Part shown: piece by piece, positions 10,686-20,228 of the stretch
Position numbering within the stretch: the stretch's first letter is position 1
Layout of the letters: each line of letters opens with the position of its first letter
NCBI GenBank assembly: GCA_965215265.1
Contig: OZ244048.1
Coordinates: 2,400,001 to 2,464,000, forward strand
Direction: 5' to 3'
Length of the DNA stretch: 64,000 nucleotides
Source of the DNA: Candidatus Poribacteria bacterium
GTDB taxonomy: Bacteria; Poribacteria; WGA-4E; WGA-3G
Notes under the pieces: generated by a model
The model's input: the letters and a program-made list of their open reading frames with translations, nothing else
Told to the model about the DNA's origin: nothing
The model's database searches: none
Made by a program: the position numbers and the translations under genes

Positions 10686-10967
10686 CTAATGATCCTCATT
10701 GATGTCATGTGAACAAGCTGTAGAAGCAGCGGCACAGGCGCTTCCCATAATACTCCACGCCGTATTACATAATTCGGGATCATAGACCTCACCGCTGTAA
10801 CAATAATACATTACTAATGTATAGGCACCCGAGCACATTTGTTGTAAACCGTCACATTCTGAGGAATTATCGTGTGCATCCGTCTTCAGGACGAATAGAC
10901 TGACAGTCGTGAAACCTACAGCAAGGATACAAACAATAGCAATCGTCTGGCATAAAGACATTTTCAT
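10686..10967 (-). CDS. Secreted cysteine-rich peptide (6 Cys in mature region)
   Basis: AAGGAG RBS; signal peptide ending TDA; mature part Cx6Cx10Cx10Cx10Cx6C. Confidence 0.78.
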   Translation of the reverse strand: MKMSLCQTIAIVCILAVGFTTVSLFVLKTDAHDNSSECDGLQQMCSGAYTLVMYYCYSGEVYDPELCNTAWSIMGSACAAASTACSHDINEDH

Positions 10968-11260
10968 TGGTTTTCTCCTTTATTTTTCGGGGACTGCTGT
11001 CAGGAAAGATCTGGCAATCTCCCTATAAGGTGCTAACCAAAAAGTGTCACAAAATGCATCCATTCTATAATACAATTTAGGTTCACGCTGTCCTACCTAA
11101 ATTATGGCAGTGCAGCGTCTAGGATTGCTAGTGACATCCTCGGCACACCTCTCAATTTGCAGGAGATATCAAATAGTATAACACATCTCCTACCTTAAAT
11201 TCACTAAAAAAAACAAGTTTCGGACATTTACTGTTTTGCGTTCACTATACGTTAACATCT

Positions 11261-12049
11261 CTACCTCTTCCTCTTAATTTCGTTACGAACCTTTGTGGAT
11301 ACTGAAGCCGTGGCGGGTTCTCTTGTGGATGTTCTCCACTGTTTTATCACACGCGCCACTTTATCACTCACCGCTTGAGCGGAAAAAGCTACATGTTTGG
11401 CAATCTCCGCCGGAGATTGTCCGTCTAAATACCGCTCCATTATTTTGAATTCTGCCGCAGGCAGAGAACGGAGCAACTCCTCCAACTGCGGGGCGATACT
11501 TTTTAACCACGCCTCCGCCCGTTTCAGTCTTTTTCGCGTCGCCTCCGGCGTTAAGCCTAACGCTTCCGCTATTTCTATAGGCTTGAACCCGTCTAAAAAG
11601 AGGTCCATCGCCTGGTCCATCTCGGAAAGGAGGCGCAGGAGTCTAGCCAATCGCTCGCGCCTTTCCTGCTTTTGTGCCGTCTGCCTCGCTGCGTCAATAG
11701 ACGCTGACCCTATCGCTTGCTCGGCAGGTGGCAGTGCATCTAAAGAGACGAACCGGGCACCTTCTGGCAGGTGGTCTGCTCTGCTCAGAGCGGCTCTTCG
11801 TCTATCAATCGCGACATTCTGAGCGGTTTTATATAACCATCCCGGCAACTTCTCAGGATGCTTGATTTTTTCGCGCCCTTGGAAGGCTTTACTGAAGGTG
11901 TCGTTAGCAACCTCCTCAGCATCCTGCGGATTTCTTAAAATGCGGAACGCAGCCTTAAACACGCCGTGGTAATACCTTTTAAAAATCCGCGTGAAACTGT
12001 CTGTGTCCCCTGTTTGTAAGAAATGCCGATTGAGTTCTACCTCATTCAT
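11261..12049 (-). CDS. ECF-type sigma-70 factor with duplicated region-4-like HTH
   Basis: DAEEVANDTF and WLYKTAQNVAIDRRR (region 2); EIAEALGLTPEATRKRLKRA (region 4); a second EIAKHVAFSAQAV HTH-like segment. Confidence 0.88.
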   Translation of the reverse strand: MNEVELNRHFLQTGDTDSFTRIFKRYYHGVFKAAFRILRNPQDAEEVANDTFSKAFQGREKIKHPEKLPGWLYKTAQNVAIDRRRAALSRADHLPEGARFVSLDALPPAEQAIGSASIDAARQTAQKQERRERLARLLRLLSEMDQAMDLFLDGFKPIEIAEALGLTPEATRKRLKRAEAWLKSIAPQLEELLRSLPAAEFKIMERYLDGQSPAEIAKHVAFSAQAVSDKVARVIKQWRTSTREPATASVSTKVRNEIKRKR

Positions 12050-12396
12050 TCAGGTTTACCTCCCGTCCGTCTTATCGCAGCAATTGATGTGCTGCCTTCT
12101 ATAATGACATGACGAAAATTAAAGACAAAATTGGACAAAAATATTATTTTTCTTATTTTTTTTGTCTTTAACCCACCACGGAACCGAAAAAAACGAGCTC
12201 TGTGTCCCCTGTTTGTAAGAAATGCCGATTGAGTTCTACCTCATTTATTCAGATTTACCTCCCGTCCGTCTTATCGCAGCAATTGATGTGCTGCCTTCTA
12301 TAATGACATGACGAAAATTAAAGACAAAATTGGACAAAAATATTATTTTTCTTATTTTTTTTTCTCCTTAACCCTCACGGCCCCCAAAAAAACGAG
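12000..12396. repeat. 199-bp tandem duplication of the sigma-factor 5' end and upstream region
   Basis: 12000-12197 and 12199-12396 are near-identical. The distal copy has ATA in place of the ATG. Confidence 0.93.
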
Positions 12397-12421
12397 GACG
12401 GAATCGTCCAGAAAAAATCGC

Positions 12422-12450
12422 TTGACAATTCAAGCGGAATTTGGGATACT
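12422..12450 (+). promoter_or_regulatory. Sigma-70-type promoter
   Basis: TTGACA-17 nt-GATACT upstream of 12511. Confidence 0.55.
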
Positions 12451-12510
12451 TTATAATTAACCTAAACCACTACCTACAACAGGAACAGGGTTTTATATAG
12501 GACAGTTTAG

Positions 12511-13707
12511 ATGAAAAACGTGAAAATCACAAACATTAAAACAATATTAACCGCACCAGATGGAATTCGGTTGGTTGTTGTCAAGGTTGAAACCAGCGAA
12601 CCGGGACTATACGGTATCGGCTGTGCAACCTTCACGCAACGTCCACTCGCCGTCGCAACGGCTGTTGATGAATACCTCAAACCTTTTCTTATCGGGAAAG
12701 ACCCGAGTAACATAGAGGACATCTTTCAGACGAGTTTCGTCAGTTCCTATTGGCGAAACGGGCCCGTGTTGAACAACGCGCTTAGTGGTGTAGATATCGC
12801 CTTGTGGGACATCATGGGAAAGCGCGCCGGCATGCCGGTTTATCAACTCCTCGGTGGGAAATGCAGAGAGGCGGTGCCTCTTTATGCGCACGCCGGTGGA
12901 ACTGATTTCCAACAAGTAACAGAGAATATCCAACGCTATATGGAACAAGGGTATCGCTACGTACGTGCACAGGTGGCAATACCGGGCTATTCTACCTACG
13001 GTGCGGCTGGAGGCGGCACCCCCGCTTTCGAACCGACACCTTATGTCAATACCGTCATCAAACTTTTCGCGCATTTACGTGAAGAGTTAGGCGACACGGT
13101 GGAACTGCTCCACGACGTGCATGAACGCATCCCGCCAATACAGGCGATTAATCTCGCCAAGGCGTTAGAACCTTATCACCTCTTCTTCTTAGAAGATCCG
13201 TTTGCCCCCGAGGATGTCGACTATTTCCAGTTGATGCGCCAACAGACAAGCACCCCCATCGCCATGGGCGAATTATTTAACAACCCGAACGAATACGTCC
13301 ACCTTATCAAAGACCGGCTCATCGATTTCATTCGCGTACATATCTCCCAGCTCGGCGGCATCAGTCCTGCGCGGAAGTTAGCTGCACTGTGTGAATTTTT
13401 TGGCGTGCGCACCGCCTGGCACGGCCCGGGCGATGTATCGCCGGTCGGACATGCTGCGAATATCGCGCTCGATTTGGCGTGTTACAATTTCGGCATTCAG
13501 GAACAACACGTCTTTGGAGAAAATACAAGGGAAGTTTTTCCGGGTTGCCCCGAGATTCGTGACGGATGTTATTGGGTCAACGAAGCACCAGGACTCGGCA
13601 TAGACATCAACGAGGCACTCGCGGAAAGATTCCCGTTCCCGGAACATCCGCTTAACGGCGGATGGGCACCTGTCCGAAGGAGAGATGGAACTGTTATTCG
13701 GCCGTAG
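12511..13707 (+). CDS. Mannonate dehydratase/RspA-like enolase superfamily protein
   Basis: SSYWRNGPV, ALWDI.GK, LLHDVHER, FFLEDP, MGELF and AWHGPGDVSP motifs. Confidence 0.9.
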   Translation: MKNVKITNIKTILTAPDGIRLVVVKVETSEPGLYGIGCATFTQRPLAVATAVDEYLKPFLIGKDPSNIEDIFQTSFVSSYWRNGPVLNNALSGVDIALWDIMGKRAGMPVYQLLGGKCREAVPLYAHAGGTDFQQVTENIQRYMEQGYRYVRAQVAIPGYSTYGAAGGGTPAFEPTPYVNTVIKLFAHLREELGDTVELLHDVHERIPPIQAINLAKALEPYHLFFLEDPFAPEDVDYFQLMRQQTSTPIAMGELFNNPNEYVHLIKDRLIDFIRVHISQLGGISPARKLAALCEFFGVRTAWHGPGDVSPVGHAANIALDLACYNFGIQEQHVFGENTREVFPGCPEIRDGCYWVNEAPGLGIDINEALAERFPFPEHPLNGGWAPVRRRDGTVIRP

Positions 13708-13713
13708 TCAGGT

Positions 13714-14311
13714 ATGTTGTGGATAATTTGTGTATTGCTTTTACTCTGTACAAATCCGTTAGACGTACAGATTCAGTTTACCGAAGTTACATCGGCGGCA
13801 GGCATCCACTTCCGTCATGTCAACGGCGCGACGGGCGAAAAACATCTCATCGAAACGATGGGAGTAGGTGCCGCTTTTATCGATTACGATAACGACCGGG
13901 ATGCAGATCTCTATCTGGTTAACGGTGCACCGCTCTCACCTCCGCTAAAACCTCTGCCAACGAATCGGCTCTACCGCAATAACGGAGATGGCACCTTTAC
14001 CGATGTCACACAGAACGCCGGTGTCGGAGATACCGGATACGGCATGGGGTGTTGCGTTGGCGATTACGATAACGATGGCAATAGAGACCTTTTCGTAACT
14101 AACTGCGGATAAGCAATTATGGCGCGAACTGAAAAGTGGCGCGAGTTATCTCTCACATCATCAACTAGTTCTTCTCATTGGAGTCGGTGCAGCAGAAGAC
14201 GTAGAGCGGTTAACTGTGCTTTGGCCGAGTGGGTTGCAAGATGAGATTCGCAATGTGCGGTGCAATCAGGCACTGACGATTCGAGAAGGCACCGGTGTTA
14301 TATCGAATTAA
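13714..14311 (+). pseudogene. CRTAC1/ASPIC-UnbV (FG-GAP repeat) protein with large internal deletion
   Basis: N-terminal part has FTEVT..AGI and DYDNDxDxDL repeats and stops at 14112. The +1 frame from 14111 reads KQLWRELKSGASYLSH...GVG...VERLTVLWPSG...IREG, the ASPIC/UnbV C-terminus, with a stop at 14311. Confidence 0.85.
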
Positions 14312-14416
14312 ACGAGCTCATCTCGTTCGGTTGATGGATTCACCTGGATCCTGCCCGAAATCGGCATCAAAAGCACATTCTTGACTTTTTAACCTGTTTG
14401 GAGAATTCAGCAGCAT

Positions 14417-15916
14417 TTACAAAATATATTTGCTCAAATCTTGGTCTTTCACAATCTCAGCGAGTGCCGATTTCACATAACCGCTATCTATTGTAATTTC
14501 CTGAGACTCAAGGTCTGGGGCATCAAAAAAGAGATTTTCAAACAGTTTTTCCATGATAGTGTGGAGCCGTCGCGCCCCAATGTCTTCAACGGATTCGTTA
14601 ACCTGAAACGCGAGCGCAGCGATTTCGTCAATAGCATCATCGGTAATCGTGGTCTTTATCGCCTCAGTATCGAGTAAGGCAGTATATTGCTTGACGAGTG
14701 CATTCTTAGGTTCGGTTAAAATTGACTTAAAATCATCTTGCGTAAGGCTTTTTAACTCAACGCGAATCGGGAATCGCCCTTGCAACTCAGGAATCAAGTC
14801 CGAGGGACTTGAGACATGAAAAGCCCCAGCAGCGATGAATAAGATATGATGCGTACGCACCGCTCCATACTTTGAACCGACTGTACTGCCTTCAATGATC
14901 GGTAGGATGTCACGCTGCACGCCTTCACGAGAAACGTCTGGCCCCTGGCGCGATTCACGCCCAGCTATCTTGTCAATTTCGTCCAAAAACACAATGCCTG
15001 AATTTTCGACACGCTTAATGGCCTCACTGATGACGACATCCATGTCAATCAGTCTCTCTGCTTCTTCTTGCATTAAAATTTGACGTGCCTCTGAAATAGG
15101 CAAACGCCGTTTCTTCGTCTGATTCGGGAGGATACTACTGAACATATCCTTAAAGTTTATGTCCATTTCCTCAATGCCGCTTGGTGAAAAAATTTCAATA
15201 AAAGGCAGGTTCCGAGGCTTGACATTGATTTCAACCGGTTTATCCTCAAGCTTACCTTCACGAAGCCATTTTTGGAACATCTCGCGTGTCTTAAAGTATC
15301 GCTCGCGCTGTTTCTTCCGCGACACCTTGGTTCCCTCTCCGTCCTCTTCTTCTACTACCTCCTCAGAGTTATCAAACGGCAATTGTAGGATATTGTCAAC
15401 CAATGATTCGGAATCTTCGCTCTTCGCATCATCGTTCTCCGCCTTTCTCTCGTCTCTACTGGAACGCATGAAACGGGGCATCGGGATCAAGCAATCGAGC
15501 AAACGTTCATCAGTAAGGCTCCGCGCTCTATCTTTAACCGCTTCGGTTTGCTCTGCTTTAACGCGGCTGATCGCGACTTCCGTAAGATCGCGAATCATCG
15601 ATTCAACGTCACGGCCGACATACCCGACTTCAGTATACTTTGACGCTTCTACTTTGATGAATGGTGCATCGACGAGGCGCGCCAACCGTCTCGCTATTTC
15701 TGTTTTGCCGATGCCGGTTGAACCGATCATAATAATATTCTTTGGGGCAACTTCGTCCTGAATATTTTCTGCTAACATTTTACGCCGAGCCCGGTTACGG
15801 AGCGCAATGGCGACTGCCCGTTTGGCATCAAGCTGCCCTATGATGTACTTATCAAGTTCCTGAACAATCTGCCGTGGCGTGAGCGCGGTTTCTAAGGTTC
15901 TATTTTCACTAGTCAA
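14417..15916 (-). CDS. hslU: ATP-dependent protease ATPase subunit HslU
   Basis: [58 protein letters not shown] and C-terminal YIL. Confidence 0.97.
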   Translation of the reverse strand: MTSENRTLETALTPRQIVQELDKYIIGQLDAKRAVAIALRNRARRKMLAENIQDEVAPKNIIMIGSTGIGKTEIARRLARLVDAPFIKVEASKYTEVGYVGRDVESMIRDLTEVAISRVKAEQTEAVKDRARSLTDERLLDCLIPMPRFMRSSRDERKAENDDAKSEDSESLVDNILQLPFDNSEEVVEEEDGEGTKVSRKKQRERYFKTREMFQKWLREGKLEDKPVEINVKPRNLPFIEIFSPSGIEEMDINFKDMFSSILPNQTKKRRLPISEARQILMQEEAERLIDMDVVISEAIKRVENSGIVFLDEIDKIAGRESRQGPDVSREGVQRDILPIIEGSTVGSKYGAVRTHHILFIAAGAFHVSSPSDLIPELQGRFPIRVELKSLTQDDFKSILTEPKNALVKQYTALLDTEAIKTTITDDAIDEIAALAFQVNESVEDIGARRLHTIMEKLFENLFFDAPDLESQEITIDSGYVKSALAEIVKDQDLSKYIL

Positions 15917-16454
15917 TTTTAGTTTCTCCTATAGATTCAACTTCAATGCGGGCATTGGTGTAAATGCAAATGTCACTTGTAATCTGTAACGCCTCCGCTA
16001 CAATCTCTTTTGCTGTGAGTGCGGAATGCATCAGCAACGCCTTCGCCGCTGCAAGGGCGCTGGACGCTCCAGAACCAATCGCGAGCATCGCGTCGTCAGG
16101 CGCAATAACATCACCATTACCTGAGATGAGGTAACTGCTCTTGTCATCCACTGCAATCATTAAAGCATCAACCCGTCTGAGCACCCGGTCGCTTCGCCAA
16201 TCCCTGGCAAGTTCAACCGCGGCTCTCTGAAGGTTACCGCCATAACGTTCCAAGCCTTTTTCCAACGTTTCATAGAGTGTCAGTGCGTCTGAGGCAGAAC
16301 CGGCAAATCCCAGCAGCACCTGCTCATTGTGAATTTTCCGAATTTTGCGTGCACCGTGCTTTATTGCCATATCGCCGAGCGTCACTTGGCCATCGCCACC
16401 TATGGCTACCTGGCCATTTAGACGGACAGCTAAAATTGTTGTTGAACGTATCAT
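15909..16454 (-). CDS. hslV: ATP-dependent protease peptidase subunit HslV
   Basis: N-terminal TTI nucleophile, GDGQVT, GFAGS, AIGSG and ICIYTN; overlaps hslU. Confidence 0.97.
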   Translation of the reverse strand: MIRSTTILAVRLNGQVAIGGDGQVTLGDMAIKHGARKIRKIHNEQVLLGFAGSASDALTLYETLEKGLERYGGNLQRAAVELARDWRSDRVLRRVDALMIAVDDKSSYLISGNGDVIAPDDAMLAIGSGASSALAAAKALLMHSALTAKEIVAEALQITSDICIYTNARIEVESIGETKID

Positions 16455-16537
16455 TTTATCCTTTTTTTTGCGTGATGCGCATCGTCAGGCGGCAGACACA
16501 AATGAATCTTCCAAGAAGGGTTTGACACAACTTCGTC

Positions 16538-17281
16538 TTAAAAAACATAAAAAAGTAAGAAGCTAAAAAACTGCAGCGCCCCCATAAAGATACCACAGCG
16601 TATTCCTGCAACCACGGGATGTTGTTCCCTATGAAAGTAATATGGGCACAATAGGAAAGTCAGGAAAAAAGCGATCGGCACGAAAACGGGCACCGACGCG
16701 ATATGGGGAAAATTGCCCACTCGCGTTGCATTCCATATCCATAATTCGGATTCTCCTAACTGATAGATAATCGTTGCTCCTATACCTGCCATCAAACCCG
16801 TTAATACCGCTGCAATGAGACGATGCCTGAAAATCATGAGGCCCCTATCATAGCAGTAGGCCATCAACATCGCAAAAATTGCCCACGTCAAGATAAGCCC
16901 CAAAGGTACACCGAGGCGCTCAAATTCTGAGCGGAGGTAGAAGACGATATGCGCTTTTCGTGAAAAGAACCAGTCTATCGGCAGATAGAGCGCTGTCGCA
17001 GCTACGCCAAAAAGCATGCACCTTGAGAGAACCGATTTTTCGTGTGATACTGGAACCTCACTTTTCAATGAAACCGGATCTTCTCTCGGCCCTGATAACT
17101 CGAAAATTTCTTCCTCAGTGCTCCGACAGAGCAAGTACCCAAACCATCCGATAGTTAATAACACATTTGGGTAAAGCACCCAGATGGAACCAATTTGATT
17201 GACAATTAAGAACGTTAAAAACGTGGTGCATGCTACAGTGATAACTGCGGTATCCGTTCTACTCCGATAGTTTAAAGACAT
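16538..17281 (-). CDS. Multi-pass membrane protein, unknown function
   Basis: About 7 hydrophobic segments; co-oriented in the arsA-like to hslVU string. Confidence 0.7.
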   Translation of the reverse strand: MSLNYRSRTDTAVITVACTTFLTFLIVNQIGSIWVLYPNVLLTIGWFGYLLCRSTEEEIFELSGPREDPVSLKSEVPVSHEKSVLSRCMLFGVAATALYLPIDWFFSRKAHIVFYLRSEFERLGVPLGLILTWAIFAMLMAYCYDRGLMIFRHRLIAAVLTGLMAGIGATIIYQLGESELWIWNATRVGNFPHIASVPVFVPIAFFLTFLLCPYYFHREQHPVVAGIRCGIFMGALQFFSFLLFYVF

Positions 17282-17324
17282 AAGATTCTCAGAATGGCTG
17301 GGGCGAAAAAACGTTGTGCGGCAA

Positions 17325-17528
17325 TCACCGATTACGAGATTCAGCCTGTTTCTCTAACCAATCCTCTATACCTTTGATCTCTTCACCTATGAACGCCCGG
17401 ACTCCTTTCAGAAACTCTATCTCTGCGTTCCGAAGATGTGAGATCGATTCCTCATGTCCCTTTGAGATTTCGTCCACAATTCGTTCCTTAACATCATTCA
17501 GCAGTGAAAATAACATCGTGTGCTCCAA
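17325..17528 (-). CDS. Small helical hypothetical protein
   Basis: Amphipathic helix HLRNAEIEFLKGVRAFI; fills the gap downstream of the ArsA-like gene. Confidence 0.6.
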   Translation of the reverse strand: MEHTMLFSLLNDVKERIVDEISKGHEESISHLRNAEIEFLKGVRAFIGEEIKGIEDWLEKQAESRNR

Positions 17529-17552
17529 TTCATATTCCCCAAAACGTTCTTT

Positions 17553-18755
17553 TTATTCAAGCCCGGGTGTATCCGCTTCAAATCTAATCACCAGTTCTTC
17601 GCCTGTCAATTTTGCGCCGACCGGTTTTTTGTTGGCAATGCTGCGTGGCAGTGCCACATGGCGCTTGAACCCACCTATCGTGACGATTAATTCGTCTCCA
17701 TGTTTGGTAAGGTCAATTTCCTGCTTTGTCAAAAATGGAAGGTGCATCGTCAGTTGGTATGTGCCATCTTGCTTCCCAAATCGATAAGGGCTCCGGTCAG
17801 AAAACCGGCGTGCCGGATCCGTTTCGTGATAGAGGGTATCCGCCAACCGCTGCAATCCCGTTTTTCCGACGATTTCGTCGGAAAACAGGTTAACCTTCCA
17901 AATCGGCACGCCTGAAAAATAGTTAGATGCCTCTTGAATATAATGTTGTTGTGTCTGTTTCCATAGTTCAAAAAATTCCGTATCAATCGCTTGGGGGAAG
18001 ATGCGGTTGATAATCACAGCATCTATGCAGAGCCCATATAGACAGAAGTACATAAACGCACGCTGTGTCTCTTTGATGACAATTTTCTCTGGATTCGTTA
18101 CCAGACGCACGGTTGTGATTTTGGGATCTGTCAGAACATCATCAACGCCCTCCAATTTATTGAACAGGTCTTGAATGTTTTGGAAGTAGTTATCGCGTGG
18201 AATCGGCACGGAACTCACCCGTTCAATGACCGGTCCCGCAACTTTCGCCAAATTCCGCTCTAATTTAAAAATGCGGTTCATATACCACTCTAACGTTGTC
18301 GGAATACTAACGAACCGGAGGGATTCTCCGGTCGGTGCACAATCAAGGATGATGACATCATACGTCTCTTCTCGTACGTATTGATTGATATAGAGCAGCG
18401 CGCAAATTTCCTCCATCCCTGGGAAGACTGCGATCTCTTCCGCGACTAGTGTATCAAGGCCGGAGCGGTTCAGCAGAGAGCGGATGTAGTTGTAAACCTC
18501 GTCCCAATATTCGACAATCGCTTCCTGAATATTAATCTCTTGGATCCAGAGGTTTTTGGTAACCGCTATCTGTTTTTCTGTATGAATGAGTTTCTCTCCT
18601 GGAACGTCGCTATCAAAAGCGTCTCGAAGAGAGTGTGCCACATCCAGCGAAATCACGATAGTCTTGTAACCGAGGGCAGCCAGCTTCATGCCTGTTGCTG
18701 CCGCGATAGTTGTTTTGCCGACACCGCCTTTACCGGTGTAAAAAATAATTCGCAT
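17553..18755 (-). CDS. ArsA/GET3-family ATPase with C-terminal HSP20-like domain
   Basis: GKGGVGKTT, SLDVAHSL, PGMEE and DCAPTG; C-terminal GDELIVTIGGFKRHVALP. Confidence 0.9.
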   Translation of the reverse strand: MRIIFYTGKGGVGKTTIAAATGMKLAALGYKTIVISLDVAHSLRDAFDSDVPGEKLIHTEKQIAVTKNLWIQEINIQEAIVEYWDEVYNYIRSLLNRSGLDTLVAEEIAVFPGMEEICALLYINQYVREETYDVIILDCAPTGESLRFVSIPTTLEWYMNRIFKLERNLAKVAGPVIERVSSVPIPRDNYFQNIQDLFNKLEGVDDVLTDPKITTVRLVTNPEKIVIKETQRAFMYFCLYGLCIDAVIINRIFPQAIDTEFFELWKQTQQHYIQEASNYFSGVPIWKVNLFSDEIVGKTGLQRLADTLYHETDPARRFSDRSPYRFGKQDGTYQLTMHLPFLTKQEIDLTKHGDELIVTIGGFKRHVALPRSIANKKPVGAKLTGEELVIRFEADTPGLE

Positions 18756-19100
18756 CGTTTGAAATCCAATTTGCTCCTATCTGTATACCCTTTAAAGTAT
18801 ACCAAAAAAAATTGTGATTTGCAAGCAAGATATTGCAAAATTTACCTGAACCAGACGTGAACTTTCTCGCAGCCGTAGTTAGGTGGAAGCAGCAAAGCGC
18901 GTCATGAATCTAGGCATTAGCCTTCGAAGGCGATATGCACTGGTGGAATGCTATACATAGATTCGCGCTTGATTCGGAGCGACATGTTTATGGAAAACCA
19001 ATTTGGCTCACGCGGTGTGGCCTGTTTAGATGCCGGGCAGGCAGTTTCTAAACTAACGTTTATAAAAACTGATAGTCTCTAGCGCAATTCCAAAATAGTT

Positions 19101-19129
19101 TTGACAAACGGCTTTTTTTGTGGTATAAT
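19101..19129 (+). promoter_or_regulatory. Consensus sigma-70 promoter of rplM-rpsI
   Basis: TTGACA-17 nt-TATAAT with an extended TG. Confidence 0.8.
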
Positions 19130-19200
19130 ATACAATAGCTTTGTGTTGGCAGAATCGCAGTTACATGCCACAAAACTTACGGGTTAAAGGACAAGAAATT

Positions 19201-19638
19201 ATGGTACTAAGAACCAAAACCTATTTTCCAAAAGCAGATAAAGAAATTAAATGGTACGTGGTCAGCGCGGAAGGGCAAATTTTGGGACGTTTAGCCTCGA
19301 AAATCGCCCAGGTACTCAGAGGGAAACACCATCCCCGATTCACTCCGCACGCAGACCTCGGCTTCAGGGTTGCTGTTGTTAACGCTGAAAAAGTGGTTGT
19401 CACTGGAAATAAGAAAAAACAGAAAACCTATTTTCGACATAGCGGCTACCCCGGGGGTGATAAATATCGCACCTTTGATGAACAGATGAACGTGAAGCCG
19501 GAGTCCATTATCTCCATGGCCGTCCAAGGAATGCTTCCAAAAAATCACCTCGGCAGGCAGCTGATGAAGGGGCTCAAAGTCTACACAGGACCGAATCACC
19601 CCCATCAAGCCCAGGAACCGGAAGTCTTAATATTTTAG
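19201..19638 (+). CDS. rplM: 50S ribosomal protein L13
   Basis: WYVV.A.GQILGRLAS, LRGKH.P.FTP, HSGYPGG, GMLPKN and HPHQAQ. Confidence 0.97.
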   Translation: MVLRTKTYFPKADKEIKWYVVSAEGQILGRLASKIAQVLRGKHHPRFTPHADLGFRVAVVNAEKVVVTGNKKKQKTYFRHSGYPGGDKYRTFDEQMNVKPESIISMAVQGMLPKNHLGRQLMKGLKVYTGPNHPHQAQEPEVLIF

Positions 19639-19686
19639 GAGAGGGAGGCGGATACGGCACCGCATCCATAAGAAGTGAGGAACAGA

Positions 19687-20082
19687 ATGGCTATTGAGCA
19701 ATATTGGGGAACCGGCAGACGTAAAACTTCGGTGGCGCGCGTCCGAATTATCCCCGACGCGGAAGCAGGCATTATCGTCAATAAAAAACCGATTGACGAA
19801 TATTTCAATCGCGCAGACCACGTTCAAGTCGCACAAAGACCTATTGAACATGTCGAGAAACTTGGAGATTACGGAATTTTCGTCAACGTGAAGGGCGGTG
19901 GAAATACCGGACAGGCCGGCGCGATTTCCCATGGACTCGCACGCGCACTCGTTAAAGCAGACGAGACTTTGAAGCCTGCCTTGAAAAAGGCAGGATTTTT
20001 AACACGTGACCCAAGAATGGTTGAACGCAAGAAATACGGGCAAAAAGGGGCACGGGCACGCTACCAATTCTCAAAACGTTAA
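19687..20082 (+). CDS. rpsI: 30S ribosomal protein S9
   Basis: [35 protein letters not shown] and QFSKR. Confidence 0.98.
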   Translation: MAIEQYWGTGRRKTSVARVRIIPDAEAGIIVNKKPIDEYFNRADHVQVAQRPIEHVEKLGDYGIFVNVKGGGNTGQAGAISHGLARALVKADETLKPALKKAGFLTRDPRMVERKKYGQKGARARYQFSKR

Positions 20083-20228
20083 AAATTTCTCGACAGATAT
20101 CAAACGCCGTTCTCATAGACGAACCTGAGCAGTTACAAACATCTTTTAGAGAATTACGCACATTTTTGATCTTCATAATATCTCTTGGACACTGACACGC
20201 TTGGGCAAAACTGAAGGATCTATTAAAT

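Noticed and set aside
11040-11062. Shared GTCACAAAATGC motif upstream of the Cys-peptide gene and the GspC-like gene (~49783) as an ECF promoter
   Set aside because: Only two instances at different distances from their starts, which is too little to support a call without a genome-wide motif search.
15159-15761. Long antisense ORFs (also 6110-6721, 35066-35689, 54443-54982 and others)
   Set aside because: Shadows of well-supported genes on the other strand or frame.
17553-18755. Arsenic resistance operon
   Set aside because: Single-domain ArsA-like ATPase with an HSP20-like tail and no arsR/B/C/D nearby.
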